Assembly: GCA_018238155.1 (NCBI GenBank)
Contig: JABCTZ010000040.1
Span: forward strand, 1 to 48,091
Length of the DNA stretch: 48,091 nucleotides
Source of the DNA: Candidatus Heimdallarchaeota archaeon
GTDB lineage: Archaea > Asgardarchaeota > Heimdallarchaeia > JABLTI01
Direction: 5' to 3'
Below are positions 9,906-19,658 of this stretch, piece by piece. The notes beneath the pieces are model-generated. The model ran no database searches. It saw only the letters and a list, made by a program, of their open reading frames with translations, and was not told where the DNA came from. Position 1 is the stretch's first letter, and each line of letters begins with the position of its first letter. Made by a program: the position numbers and the translations under genes.

Positions 9906-10865
9906 ATGTGGAAAAGACTTAATATCATTTTTTCATTAAAAAGCCCACTGCATATTGGTTATTTGCCAAAAAAAGGATCAATGGTAGCACCAACAAGACA
10001 TTATATTCTTGGAAAGAATTTTTGGGGTGCAATAACAAAAAAAACAACAGAACATTTGTATACTAAACCAAAATCAAAAGACTATTTTGAAGTTGGAAAA
10101 CAAATTAAGGAAAACTTTCGTTTTGGTTATTTTTATATCTATGATCATGAGAAAAGGATTTATTTACCAACCTATTCAAAAAACGGTTTGATATATGGTC
10201 ATAGAAATAATGAAAATATTGACGTAATGAAATTCGAAAGAAAATTTACTGGAAGTCGAGTTTTAACAGCAATAGAAACTGGAAATAGAACAGCTAAGGA
10301 AGCCTCTCTACATGAAATTAACTTTATAATTGATAAATACAGAGATGAGAATGAAAATATTAGAAACACAAAAATCATTGGTTGTATCTGGATTAGAAAA
10401 GATTGCCAGATAAATAACAAAACGATTGTTTCAAACAATGAAGGAATATTCATTGGTGAATTTAATTTAATCGAAAAATTAACACTAGGTGGAGAACAAA
10501 ACTATGGTTTTGGGTGCGTTAATTTAGAGGGAATAACTAAAGAAAAAATTCTAATAAGGGATGAAAAAACTGACACGGAAGAAATTAAAATAGAAATAAG
10601 AAAAAATGAATCAATTCTTTACCATTTTAAATATAATGAAAGTGTATCTTTCCAAGGAGATATTGAGTTATTAGTTGGTCGTGCATATTTTGATATTAAA
10701 AAAACTAAAATATCCAAAAAAGCAAATTTCGGGTACAAAGAGAAACCAGGTTCAGTTATCTCAAAAGGAATTTATTGTTTTACACCAGGAACTATAATAG
10801 ACTTTGAAAATAAAGATAAAACTATTGAAGCAACCTTACAATGGAATGGAATTATTACACTATGA
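9906..10865 (+). CDS. Type III-C Cas5-group RAMP (Cmr3-like)
   Basis: LKSPLHIG, TRHYILGKNFWGA, TAI...TA.E.SLHE, G-loop LGGEQNYGFG; last gene of the operon. Confidence 0.8.
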   Translation: MWKRLNIIFSLKSPLHIGYLPKKGSMVAPTRHYILGKNFWGAITKKTTEHLYTKPKSKDYFEVGKQIKENFRFGYFYIYDHEKRIYLPTYSKNGLIYGHRNNENIDVMKFERKFTGSRVLTAIETGNRTAKEASLHEINFIIDKYRDENENIRNTKIIGCIWIRKDCQINNKTIVSNNEGIFIGEFNLIEKLTLGGEQNYGFGCVNLEGITKEKILIRDEKTDTEEIKIEIRKNESILYHFKYNESVSFQGDIELLVGRAYFDIKKTKISKKANFGYKEKPGSVISKGIYCFTPGTIIDFENKDKTIEATLQWNGIITL

Positions 10866-10908
10866 AAAAAAGTCAAATAATATTTTATATTGTAGCAGAT
10901 TTTCTTTA

Positions 10909-11727
10909 TTATGTAATTAATTGCTCAATACTTTCTACCAATTCTTCCAGTTTGCCTTCAAAATTAGCTATTCTAGCTATTGGTTCAACCTCGCCTTTTT
11001 CAATGAGTTTCTCCTGTGCCCCATCCTTCTCCATTTGTTTTGATAGCATAAAAACTCTGATGTCAGTTCTCTCGTTTGCATAATCTCTTATAGTTTGCTC
11101 GAATCTTTTTTTGTCTCCAGTACCTCTAAAAGACACAAAAAGAATTGGTATGGTATTATAATATCTTACTAACTTTTCTATTTGATTTACTTTGATATCA
11201 TTTTTTTTACTTAAAGTGTCCTTCTTTTTAACCTCAATAATTAACTTAACCTTACTATAAGGTATCATTGCATTGCCATCAGCTCTTTCCCAATAGTCTT
11301 CATCATTTTCATAAACAATTATATCAGATTGCGGAATGTGTTTATTATTCTTTTTTGTTTGTAATTCTAGAAACTCATCTTTGTTGTTAATTTTTAGTAC
11401 TTTTAGTTTCTCCTTAATCATTCCATTTACATCAATCTTTCCATTTGCATTTACATATAATCTTCTTGTAAGCTCTTCTCCTTGAGAAGAATATAATTTC
11501 CTTGTATACGCCTTGCAAGGTAAAGAATCATCATTTCCAACGAAAATGTCTCCTTGTTTAAATAACAGCTTGCCTTTAAATTCTTCCTTAAGAAATTCCA
11601 AAAGGAGTTTTTCAGTGATGTAACCAGAGATTTTAGTTTTTCTGGGATTTAACCCATTCCTATAAGGTTCTTCGCATTCTTTTACAAGTTCAATTTGTTT
11701 TTGATTATAATATGTTTCTTTATTCAT
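10909..11727 (-). CDS. Putative PD-(D/E)XK family nuclease
   Basis: GYITEKLL (catalytic-helix Glu), QSDIIVY and LIIEVKK; SD-like GAAGGTG upstream. Confidence 0.6.
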   Translation of the reverse strand: MNKETYYNQKQIELVKECEEPYRNGLNPRKTKISGYITEKLLLEFLKEEFKGKLLFKQGDIFVGNDDSLPCKAYTRKLYSSQGEELTRRLYVNANGKIDVNGMIKEKLKVLKINNKDEFLELQTKKNNKHIPQSDIIVYENDEDYWERADGNAMIPYSKVKLIIEVKKKDTLSKKNDIKVNQIEKLVRYYNTIPILFVSFRGTGDKKRFEQTIRDYANERTDIRVFMLSKQMEKDGAQEKLIEKGEVEPIARIANFEGKLEELVESIEQLIT

Positions 11728-11774
11728 ACACCTTCACCAACTTGTTAAGTCAAGATAATCAGATGACAGTTTCC

Positions 11775-11792
11775 TTCACTTAATTAAGTGAA
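11775..11792. promoter_or_regulatory. Perfect 18-bp palindrome TTCACTTAATTAAGTGAA (operator-like)
   Basis: Exact self-reverse-complement, about 50 bp upstream of the 10909-11727 gene. Confidence 0.55.
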
Positions 11793-11934
11793 TATAATGA
11801 GAAATCAAAGACTCTCACCACATGAACAATTATAGATAGTGTAAATAATTCTTTCTCTACAAGTGGATTAATATCTACTTCAAGTGGAGTAAACATCACT
11901 TTACACACCCAGCACTGAGTCGTAATTGAATCTT

Positions 11935-12987
11935 CTATCTCAAACTAAGTGATTCGAAGAGAAAGTATACATTCAATAATTTAAGCATCTGGAGTAGTTC
12001 GCTCACACAGTGAGATCTTAGAACAGTGCTCCACCAAACAACATTAGCTTCCTTCCAAGAGGAAATCTCTTTGGAAAGACGATTGGGGTTCTGCTCAATA
12101 AATTGACGAGTAGTATCAACAATAACATTGCTACTGCGAAAGTTAGTGGTAATATCTATTGACTCAACATTGGGATATCTTTTAGTGAAAGTAAGAAGGT
12201 TATCAACATCGGTACCACGCCATTGGTAAATACATTGGTCACCATCACCGACAACACAAATATTGCCATTGTCACCAGCTAAAAGAGAGATTAGCTTCTC
12301 CTGAATAGGATTGATATCTTGATACTCGTCAACAATAATATGCTCATAACGATTAGAAACAAGAGAAGCAAAGTCAGAATCTTCATTGAAGAGTTTAACA
12401 ACTTCATTCATCATACCCGAGAAATCAAGGAAACGTTCTTCATCCAAAAGCGTAAGATATTGTTCAAAACAATGACGAAAACTCTCCGGTAAAAAGGAAG
12501 GAGCAATCATCTCTTCACGAACAACATCAACATTAAGACAGAAAATTTCAAAATTGCGATAGCGACGATCAAAGATACGCTCCAAACCAAGACGACGAAA
12601 ATGATTGTAAGTGGAAACGAAAATAATTCGCTGATTCTCATCAAGGACATCATAACTCTTGTATTTGGGTTTGTATTCCTTAAGTAATTCATAACAGAAA
12701 GAATGGACAGTACCAACATACATATCACCCAACTCGGGATTTTCAGGGTGAAGCTCCTGTAAATGTTTGCGAATGCGGAATTTTAGTTCCTCAGCAGCAT
12801 TATCAGTAAAAGTAAATGCTACAATACTAGCAGTATTAACTCCTGTAGCAACAAGTTTTGCAATTCTACGGGTAATAACATCAGTTTTACCAGAACCAGC
12901 ACAAGCAATAATCTGTAGATTCCCATCCCAATGATCTATTGCTTTTTGTTGGTTAGTAGTATATCTCAAGATTGAATCACTTTGCAA
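11935..12987 (-). pseudogene. N-terminal part of a UvrD/PcrA-like helicase, truncated after ~315 aa
   Basis: IIACAGSGKT, AFTFT..AA.E, GTVHSFC, IIVDEYQD, VVGDGDQCIYQWRG, TNFRS. Similarity ends near 12040 (..SSWKEA) and motifs V/VI are missing. Confidence 0.85.
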
Positions 12988-13048
12988 AGAGGGGTTTTTG
13001 ATACAATTTATTATTATAAAGATTTTTTTTATTTGTGATTACAGCATA

Positions 13049-13798
13049 CTAGAGAGGTTGTCTCCAAAGATGAAACAATTTATCTAATTCAGGATGATCT
13101 GCACCAAATCTTTCTGTGCTTTCTTTAACCCACTGTTCTAAAATTATTTCTCTAAATTGACCCATATTTCTTACAATTTCCAGGAAAGCTTCGTGATTTA
13201 ATATTACAAATAGATCTTCTTTAGATAATAGATCCTGCCAATTTTCAGATGCCTTGAAACTTAACCATTGTAACTTTTTGCCTTTTATTCTATGTTCTTG
13301 GAAATTTTCTAATAGATTACCCGAATTTGTCAATAGTCCAAATATTTGGATATTTTCATCCTTTACTTTTCTAATATGTTGCAATGGTTGGTCAATAATA
13401 ATATTGCGAATATCGAATAGTAATTGAATGATTTCTTCAGGGAGTATTTTAGTAGTTTCAATTATTGAAACTAAATGATTTATGTTTTCAGCTTTAAGCT
13501 CGAAAGATAGCAATTTAGATGTTTGTTTTGAGAAATCAATTAGCAAGTTTCTAATTCTAGTCGGAGATTTAAATTTAGATTTTGGACCTTGACTAACTTG
13601 TTCCATTACTAATGGAAAATAATAAGCGATAAACTGTTTTGCAAGATAAACAGCAGGTATAAAATGCAAATAATTTGAAGGGCATTCCTTAGAGTTTTGT
13701 TCTATGTAATCAACTATGCTCATCAAAAGGGCAATTTTATAAGTTGTTGTTTTTACTCCTTCATTCAATATTATTTGAAACATTTGATAATTGTTCAT
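13049..13798 (-). CDS. Hypothetical protein resembling the N-terminal DNA-binding domain found in HNH endonucleases, without an HNH domain
   Basis: KTTTYKIALLMSI, LAKQFIAYYFP..QG, IIDQPLQHI pattern; no CxxC or HNH motif. Confidence 0.5.
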   Translation of the reverse strand: MNNYQMFQIILNEGVKTTTYKIALLMSIVDYIEQNSKECPSNYLHFIPAVYLAKQFIAYYFPLVMEQVSQGPKSKFKSPTRIRNLLIDFSKQTSKLLSFELKAENINHLVSIIETTKILPEEIIQLLFDIRNIIIDQPLQHIRKVKDENIQIFGLLTNSGNLLENFQEHRIKGKKLQWLSFKASENWQDLLSKEDLFVILNHEAFLEIVRNMGQFREIILEQWVKESTERFGADHPELDKLFHLWRQPL

Positions 13799-13799
13799 T

Positions 13800-13985
13800 T
13801 TAGATTACTCCTCCATTTTTCGTTTTAGTTATAATTTCAGTATTGAATAATTCTTTTAATATTATATTCAGTGTTTTTAGGTACAATCCTATGCTGTCTT
13901 TTATTTCATTCCAAGTTCTAATACCATCAACAACAATGGCTTTAATCTCTCTTCCTTTCCAAGATTCTAGGCAGGGATAGTTCAA
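13800..13985 (-). CDS. Small winged-helix-like protein or gene remnant
   Basis: 61 aa, HTH-like TWNEIKDSIGL..KTLNIILKELF pattern; TTG start. Confidence 0.4.
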   Translation of the reverse strand: MNYPCLESWKGREIKAIVVDGIRTWNEIKDSIGLYLKTLNIILKELFNTEIITKTKNGGVI

Positions 13986-14110
13986 TTATCGTATTTTATC
14001 ACGTCCTTATTCTCTTCAAATTGATTCATTGTAATACTCTTTAATTTCAGTAAATATCCAGATTGTTCTTCTTTTGTAAATAAAACTCACTCTTGTCCTA
14101 TTGCTTGAGT

Positions 14111-17050
14111 TTATTTGAAAATAAATTTTTTGAATGGATTTCCATGTAAATCATAAACGCCCCAATCATAAAGATTAGTCATTGATTCCTTCTGATATAT
14201 TTTATTTCGAGCGGTAAACAATGCTTCAACAACGGATGCACCACTGATTAAAGCCCTGTAAAAATGTGGCATAAAATAAGGACCTATTTCATCAAGTAAT
14301 GGCCAATTTGTTGCAATTACTGAATTTACATTCGCCAAATATAACCCTCTCTTTAACCCATATAACTCATCTCCTTGTCTAACTCTTTCACGACCAGTTT
14401 CACAAGCACTTAAAATAAACAACGGACTAATTTTGAATTTATTCAAAGATATTTCAGTTGCAGTAAAAGGAGTAAAAGATTCAGCAGAGTAGAATTTAAG
14501 ATGACTAATCCATGGGTTAATAGCATTGAATTCACCATGCCCTGCAAAGTGAATTATATCAAAATTACTTTTCATTTTTTGTTTAAAATTCTCAACAGTA
14601 GCGTTTTCTTCATTAAGAATATCAATAAAACTCTCTTTTCTATCTAAAAGTTCAGCAAAGAGGTTAGATATTCTATTAATCTCAACTTTTGCACCAATTA
14701 AATTAAGTTCCGGCACATTAAAATTTGGATTTTGAATAGCAATAATTTTTGATTTTTCATTCTGAACTTCCTTCTTTATACAAGAATGGAGCAAAATTAT
14801 ACTATTCGCATTAACACTCGGAATTTCTAATCCTAAGTAAGTATCTTTCTTAGTTGTTATTGCCCAAGGTAATGTATGAAAAATACCCCAAGGTATTACA
14901 ATGAGTAAATTCTTTTTCAAAGTAATTTCCCAAAGTTCCTTATCAATTAGATTACCTTGGTATTTTGATAATTCATCTAAAATCCTCTCAATATTTTCTC
15001 CTTTGATTATACCTTTATTGAGATTTTGTAAGATCTTTCCTAAATCCCTTATATCTATATCAACTTCGGAAAATAATTGCATTGTTTCATTTTCTATTGC
15101 TATAATATTCATTTTTTCATCGGAAATTAAGAAATACCAAATTATTGCTTCATTCTCATGTTTGAATACCTCATCAATAAATGAACTTGGGTTAAATTCA
15201 GAACTAATTCTAAGAAAACTTGGATCAGTGCATTTTTCTTGTATTTGAACCCGGATCAAACGTAGTTCGTTTTCTTTCATCATTAATTCTCTACGAGATG
15301 AATTTACTTCAGTTTGATCCTTCTGTGTGATCACCTTATATCTTATACTATTAATTATACTACAAATTTCCTTTTCTTTTAGTAATAAATCTCTATAATC
15401 TGGACAAGAAATTATTGAATGAGCACTTTCATTTTCTAATTTATCTACAATTTCTCTTGATTTTATTGCTTCCATGTATTTTATAATATCGAATAAATGT
15501 TCATTTTTTCTTTCATTACTATAAATTTCAATTAGAAGTCCTATCATAGAAGAATATGTAGCTAAGATACTCTTTCGAAATGATAACCTGTCTCCTTCTG
15601 CAGCAATATCTGAAGTTAAAACTTCATAAATATCTATTGATTCTTTTAATTTCACATAAGCCTTCTGATATTCACCATTATTTTTATGAATTATGCTAAT
15701 AATTCTATTTAGGGAGGCTTCTGAATATCTATCTCCCGTTTTCTTAGAAAAATCCATAGCATTGTCAATATATTTTGTAGCTGATAAAATATCACTTTGC
15801 TCAAGAGCTATTTCAGACTTTATTATCAAACAACTAATAATTAAATCAATACTCTCCATTTCAGAAGCTAATTCATAAGCATATTCTATGAGGTTAGATT
15901 TTTCAACTATATCCTCAAAAAAATTGATTTTCATAAGTAGCGCGGAAATTGTATTTCTCTTATCATTGATTTTTATTGATAAATTGTAAGCTTCTTCAAT
16001 TAATTCCAATGCATGTTTCTCTTGATCTTTCGATTTATCACTGTCAAGATTTTTATTTAAATGCAAGATTGTTGCTGCTAAATTTAGTAAAGCTCCACTT
16101 CGTTTATAGTTGGCTCCTATCTCGTCAACATACTTTAGTACCTCTATATACATTTCATACGCTGGCTCATTTTTACCCCAATATGAATAAACAACTGCTA
16201 TATTATTTAATGCTGTGGCAATTTCTTTTTTATCGCCAATGTTTCTAGCAATATCCAATGCTTTTTTATGATTTTCAAGAGCTTTTTGTAAATGTCCAAT
16301 TTGTCTATAAGCAGTTCCTAGATTGTTGTAACATGTTTCTTCAAACATTATGTCTTGAATTTTGATTGCATATTGTAAATTTTTTTCATAAATCCTAATT
16401 GCTTCTTTATTTCTTCCCGAAATAAGATAGAGTATTGCTAATTCATTATTTGCACTTGCATAAACTCTTGGAAAGCGATACCTCTTTGAGAAATCTAATG
16501 CAAGTTTTAGGAATTCTTCTGACAATTGAAAATCCCCTACAAAATGATAATAACGCCCAATATTTCTTATTTGTAATATTAAATCTTCTAATAGATTATT
16601 TTCTTTTGATATTTTCAATGCTGCTTGTAGATTGGATAAAGCTTTCCAATAATTACCTTGTTCCTGATATACCAAGCCAAGATTGTTTAAAGATTTAGAT
16701 TTAATTTCAGCAATATTCTCAGCTTCGGCTAATTCTAGTGCTTGTGAACAATATTTGAGACATTCCTCTAACTCATTTTTAGTTCGAAAACATTCACAAA
16801 TACCATATAATGCTTGGCATTCAATATATTTGTTAGATGTTTTTTTAGCTGATTCTGCAATCTTGAAATTAATTTTCAGGGCAAAATCAAAACACGATTT
16901 TTGATGAAAAACAACTGATTCCGCAAATAATTTTGAATACATAATCCTTAGTTGATTTCCAATGGCACTATTATATCCTGTTGACTGAAACAAGTTTGTC
17001 AGTTCATCTAATTTCTTTAATCTTTCATTTGGGTCTTCCAAAAATTGCAC
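14111..17050 (-). CDS. TPR-repeat + CHAT domain (caspase-like) protease
   Basis: Multiple TPRs (SLNNLGLVY, CYNNLGTAY, ALNNIAVVY). CHAT motifs IIHFAGHG (catalytic His), LSACETG (catalytic Cys), GDELYGL, VIATNWP and W..Y.LHG. Confidence 0.93.
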   Translation of the reverse strand: MQFLEDPNERLKKLDELTNLFQSTGYNSAIGNQLRIMYSKLFAESVVFHQKSCFDFALKINFKIAESAKKTSNKYIECQALYGICECFRTKNELEECLKYCSQALELAEAENIAEIKSKSLNNLGLVYQEQGNYWKALSNLQAALKISKENNLLEDLILQIRNIGRYYHFVGDFQLSEEFLKLALDFSKRYRFPRVYASANNELAILYLISGRNKEAIRIYEKNLQYAIKIQDIMFEETCYNNLGTAYRQIGHLQKALENHKKALDIARNIGDKKEIATALNNIAVVYSYWGKNEPAYEMYIEVLKYVDEIGANYKRSGALLNLAATILHLNKNLDSDKSKDQEKHALELIEEAYNLSIKINDKRNTISALLMKINFFEDIVEKSNLIEYAYELASEMESIDLIISCLIIKSEIALEQSDILSATKYIDNAMDFSKKTGDRYSEASLNRIISIIHKNNGEYQKAYVKLKESIDIYEVLTSDIAAEGDRLSFRKSILATYSSMIGLLIEIYSNERKNEHLFDIIKYMEAIKSREIVDKLENESAHSIISCPDYRDLLLKEKEICSIINSIRYKVITQKDQTEVNSSRRELMMKENELRLIRVQIQEKCTDPSFLRISSEFNPSSFIDEVFKHENEAIIWYFLISDEKMNIIAIENETMQLFSEVDIDIRDLGKILQNLNKGIIKGENIERILDELSKYQGNLIDKELWEITLKKNLLIVIPWGIFHTLPWAITTKKDTYLGLEIPSVNANSIILLHSCIKKEVQNEKSKIIAIQNPNFNVPELNLIGAKVEINRISNLFAELLDRKESFIDILNEENATVENFKQKMKSNFDIIHFAGHGEFNAINPWISHLKFYSAESFTPFTATEISLNKFKISPLFILSACETGRERVRQGDELYGLKRGLYLANVNSVIATNWPLLDEIGPYFMPHFYRALISGASVVEALFTARNKIYQKESMTNLYDWGVYDLHGNPFKKFIFK

Positions 17051-17251
17051 ATTCCTTTTCTGAATTATTGATTTCTATATTATCCCACAAAGATAATAAG
17101 CGAAACAATTTAAAAAGATAATTCTGGCCCTCTTTTCTCAACTAATCCTTTCTTCTTTGAAGATCAGGACAAAAAACAACTATTTCTTTCCAAAGACTCT
17201 CTTAATGATTAAGAAATATTTGATAATTTAATTCATCATTTTTCTAAAATT

Positions 17252-17854
17252 CTAGATTAATAAACCACTTTTCCAATTGAATTTATATGTCAAGTTACCA
17301 TCCCACATTTTTTTCTTTTCCACATAAGCTTCAGATAAATTTGAATATCCTAACTCATCTAAGGGCTCATTTTTCTTCATCAAAATAAATTGAGAATAAA
17401 TTGGTATTCTATATTTTTTTGTACTAACATCCAATTGAAATTTCCTATATCCTAGAACAGCACGTTCATTTATAATTCCAAACCAATCTTTTTTACTCTT
17501 AGATTTCACGTCGAATCCAATTAACAAACCTTTGGCTAGTAATAGAAAATCAGGCATTTCATTTTTCATCTGAACTCGTTTATTCCTCAAATCTTTTCCT
17601 AAATGAAATATTAAATAGCCTTTGTTTATTAATAGTTTTAAAATGGATTCCGAAGCTCTATCGTGCATTTGATAATTCTTAAGAAATTGTTCTTTTGTTT
17701 TGATTGGTTTATAATCTAAAATTTCACCATATTCCTTTTCCATATAATTTCGAATGTTTAGTAAAACCTCTTTTAATTCAGGTTTTTCTTTAAAAATATT
17801 CAATAATTCTTCTTTTTTTTTCTGTAGCGCTAATTCTATGATAGATTCTTCCAA
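17252..17854 (-). CDS. Putative PD-(D/E)XK restriction endonuclease
   Basis: EMPDFLL...GFDVKSK catalytic motif; directly downstream of two DNA methyltransferases. Confidence 0.65.
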   Translation of the reverse strand: MEESIIELALQKKKEELLNIFKEKPELKEVLLNIRNYMEKEYGEILDYKPIKTKEQFLKNYQMHDRASESILKLLINKGYLIFHLGKDLRNKRVQMKNEMPDFLLLAKGLLIGFDVKSKSKKDWFGIINERAVLGYRKFQLDVSTKKYRIPIYSQFILMKKNEPLDELGYSNLSEAYVEKKKMWDGNLTYKFNWKSGLLI

Positions 17855-17916
17855 GAATACCCTCTCTAATTATAGAGGTAGAATTTTGTTTAAATAATTC
17901 TAATTATTAAGGCAAT

Positions 17917-18675
17917 TCAGCACTTCTTTCCAATTATAATATATTCATGAGCTAATAGAAACAAACCTTTATCTAGAACTTTTTTTCTAACTTTTTCGTT
18001 TCCAAATAAAAAGCTATTAGTTCTAGCTTGTATATGAACAATTATTCTTTGTAATGAGAAACCAATTTCTTCAAACATTAATTGTGTTTTATACCCTAAT
18101 GGATGAAATTTCCATCCGTCTATTGCATCACCAATTACTACACAACAATATTTTTGAGGTTTTAGAACACGATACATTTCTTCGAAACTTTTTTCTAAAC
18201 CTTCTAAATATTGTCTATAATGTTTTGAATTACCTAAACATTGCTCCTCACTACTATACGAAATCAAATTCCAATAAGGTGGAGAAGTAACAATTAAGTC
18301 AATACTATTATCTTTTAATATTAAATTCTTAGCATCACATATTTCAGCACGAGAAATTATATCTTCTCTTCTAATTTTCATAATTTTCTCATTTGATAAA
18401 TTAATAGCATTCGGATTAATATCGAATCCAATAGAATTCCTTCCCAATTTAAGAGCTTCAATTAATGTTGTTCCTCCACCCAAGAATGGATCGAGAATAA
18501 AATCTCCTTTTGTTGTATATTTTTCAATCAAAATTCTAGGGATTTTTGGTGGAAATTTTCCAGGATAATTTTTCAAACTATGAACTTTATCATGGCTAGG
18601 ATAATCTTCAGGGAAGAACCAGATTGTTGTTTCATAATTTTGCATCCAAGCTATATCTACCATAGTCTTCGACAA
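17917..18675 (-). CDS. DNA amino-methyltransferase (N4-C/N6-A family, SPPY)
   Basis: YPGKFPP, ILDPFLGGGTT (motif I), IGFDIN, IDLIVTSPPYW (motif IV), YRVLKP, HEYI. True start possibly ATG 18663. Confidence 0.9.
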   Translation of the reverse strand: MSKTMVDIAWMQNYETTIWFFPEDYPSHDKVHSLKNYPGKFPPKIPRILIEKYTTKGDFILDPFLGGGTTLIEALKLGRNSIGFDINPNAINLSNEKIMKIRREDIISRAEICDAKNLILKDNSIDLIVTSPPYWNLISYSSEEQCLGNSKHYRQYLEGLEKSFEEMYRVLKPQKYCCVVIGDAIDGWKFHPLGYKTQLMFEEIGFSLQRIIVHIQARTNSFLFGNEKVRKKVLDKGLFLLAHEYIIIGKKC

Positions 18676-18717
18676 AAATTCTTGAAGAAACTAAAAAAAC
18701 ACCACGGAAAAAAATCA

Positions 18718-19596
18718 TCATTCATTTTTCTCTTCTTTTCTAAATATCAAACAATACTGATGATGTCTGTTTCCAACCCAAGCACTGTTTACTCCTAATG
18801 GAATTAATGGCTTATCATTTTGTAACCAAATTTTTTCATCTTTTGGTACCCAGTTACTACTCAAAGATTTTACGGTATCAAAAGCGAGTGGATATATTCT
18901 CCCATCTGCAAAAACATTGTTAGTAATTACAACAAGATATCCTTTATTTTTCATAACTTTGTATACTTCATCAAATATTTTTTTCTGTTCTAATAGAAAT
19001 TCATTATAATTACTGATATTTCCAATATCCCTTGAATCTTCACTATAATGCGTATCCCAATTTTTTTCCTTTCTCTCTTTTTGTCGCATGGAAGATCTCT
19101 TTAATTGATCCCAGTAGGGTGGACTTGTAATACAAAAATCAATTGAAGGTATTTCTCCATATTTGTCTTTCAATAATTTTTCTAAATTATGTGAATCTCC
19201 AATCAAAACATCATGATATAAATCAGCAAAATCTTCTGTGAATTTATCCATACTTTTTTGTTTCAAATTAGACTTTGCAATTTCCCCATATTTCTCTAGT
19301 AATTCTATACCAATTCCATTACGACTTGCACTACGACAAGCAACCAATGTACTACCTGTACCAAGAAAAGGATCTAAGACAGTTTGTTTCTCTTTTGTAA
19401 AAAATTCAATAAATATCTTAACCAATGATTCTGGAAAACTCGCAGGATGTAGAATTTTTTTCTTCCCTCTGGGAGGAGGATTATGAATAAACCATGACTT
19501 TGTAAATTTAATCCATTGTTTTCCTGTTAAGTTATTCAGTTTATTATTAAAATTGTACTTTCCGAGTTCTCCACGATCTTCATAGTTTTGTTTCAT
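18718..19596 (-). CDS. DNA amino-methyltransferase (N4-C/N6-A family, SPPY)
   Basis: HPASFP, VLDPFLGTGST, GIGIEL, IDFCITSPPYW, HQYCLIFRK; internal PIP-like QKSMDKF. Confidence 0.9.
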   Translation of the reverse strand: MKQNYEDRGELGKYNFNNKLNNLTGKQWIKFTKSWFIHNPPPRGKKKILHPASFPESLVKIFIEFFTKEKQTVLDPFLGTGSTLVACRSASRNGIGIELLEKYGEIAKSNLKQKSMDKFTEDFADLYHDVLIGDSHNLEKLLKDKYGEIPSIDFCITSPPYWDQLKRSSMRQKERKEKNWDTHYSEDSRDIGNISNYNEFLLEQKKIFDEVYKVMKNKGYLVVITNNVFADGRIYPLAFDTVKSLSSNWVPKDEKIWLQNDKPLIPLGVNSAWVGNRHHQYCLIFRKEEKNE

Positions 19597-19658
19597 ATTA
19601 ATTACCCTTTTAGTAACTTAATAACTTGAAATTTCGTTTTCAAACCTATAATTTTAAT

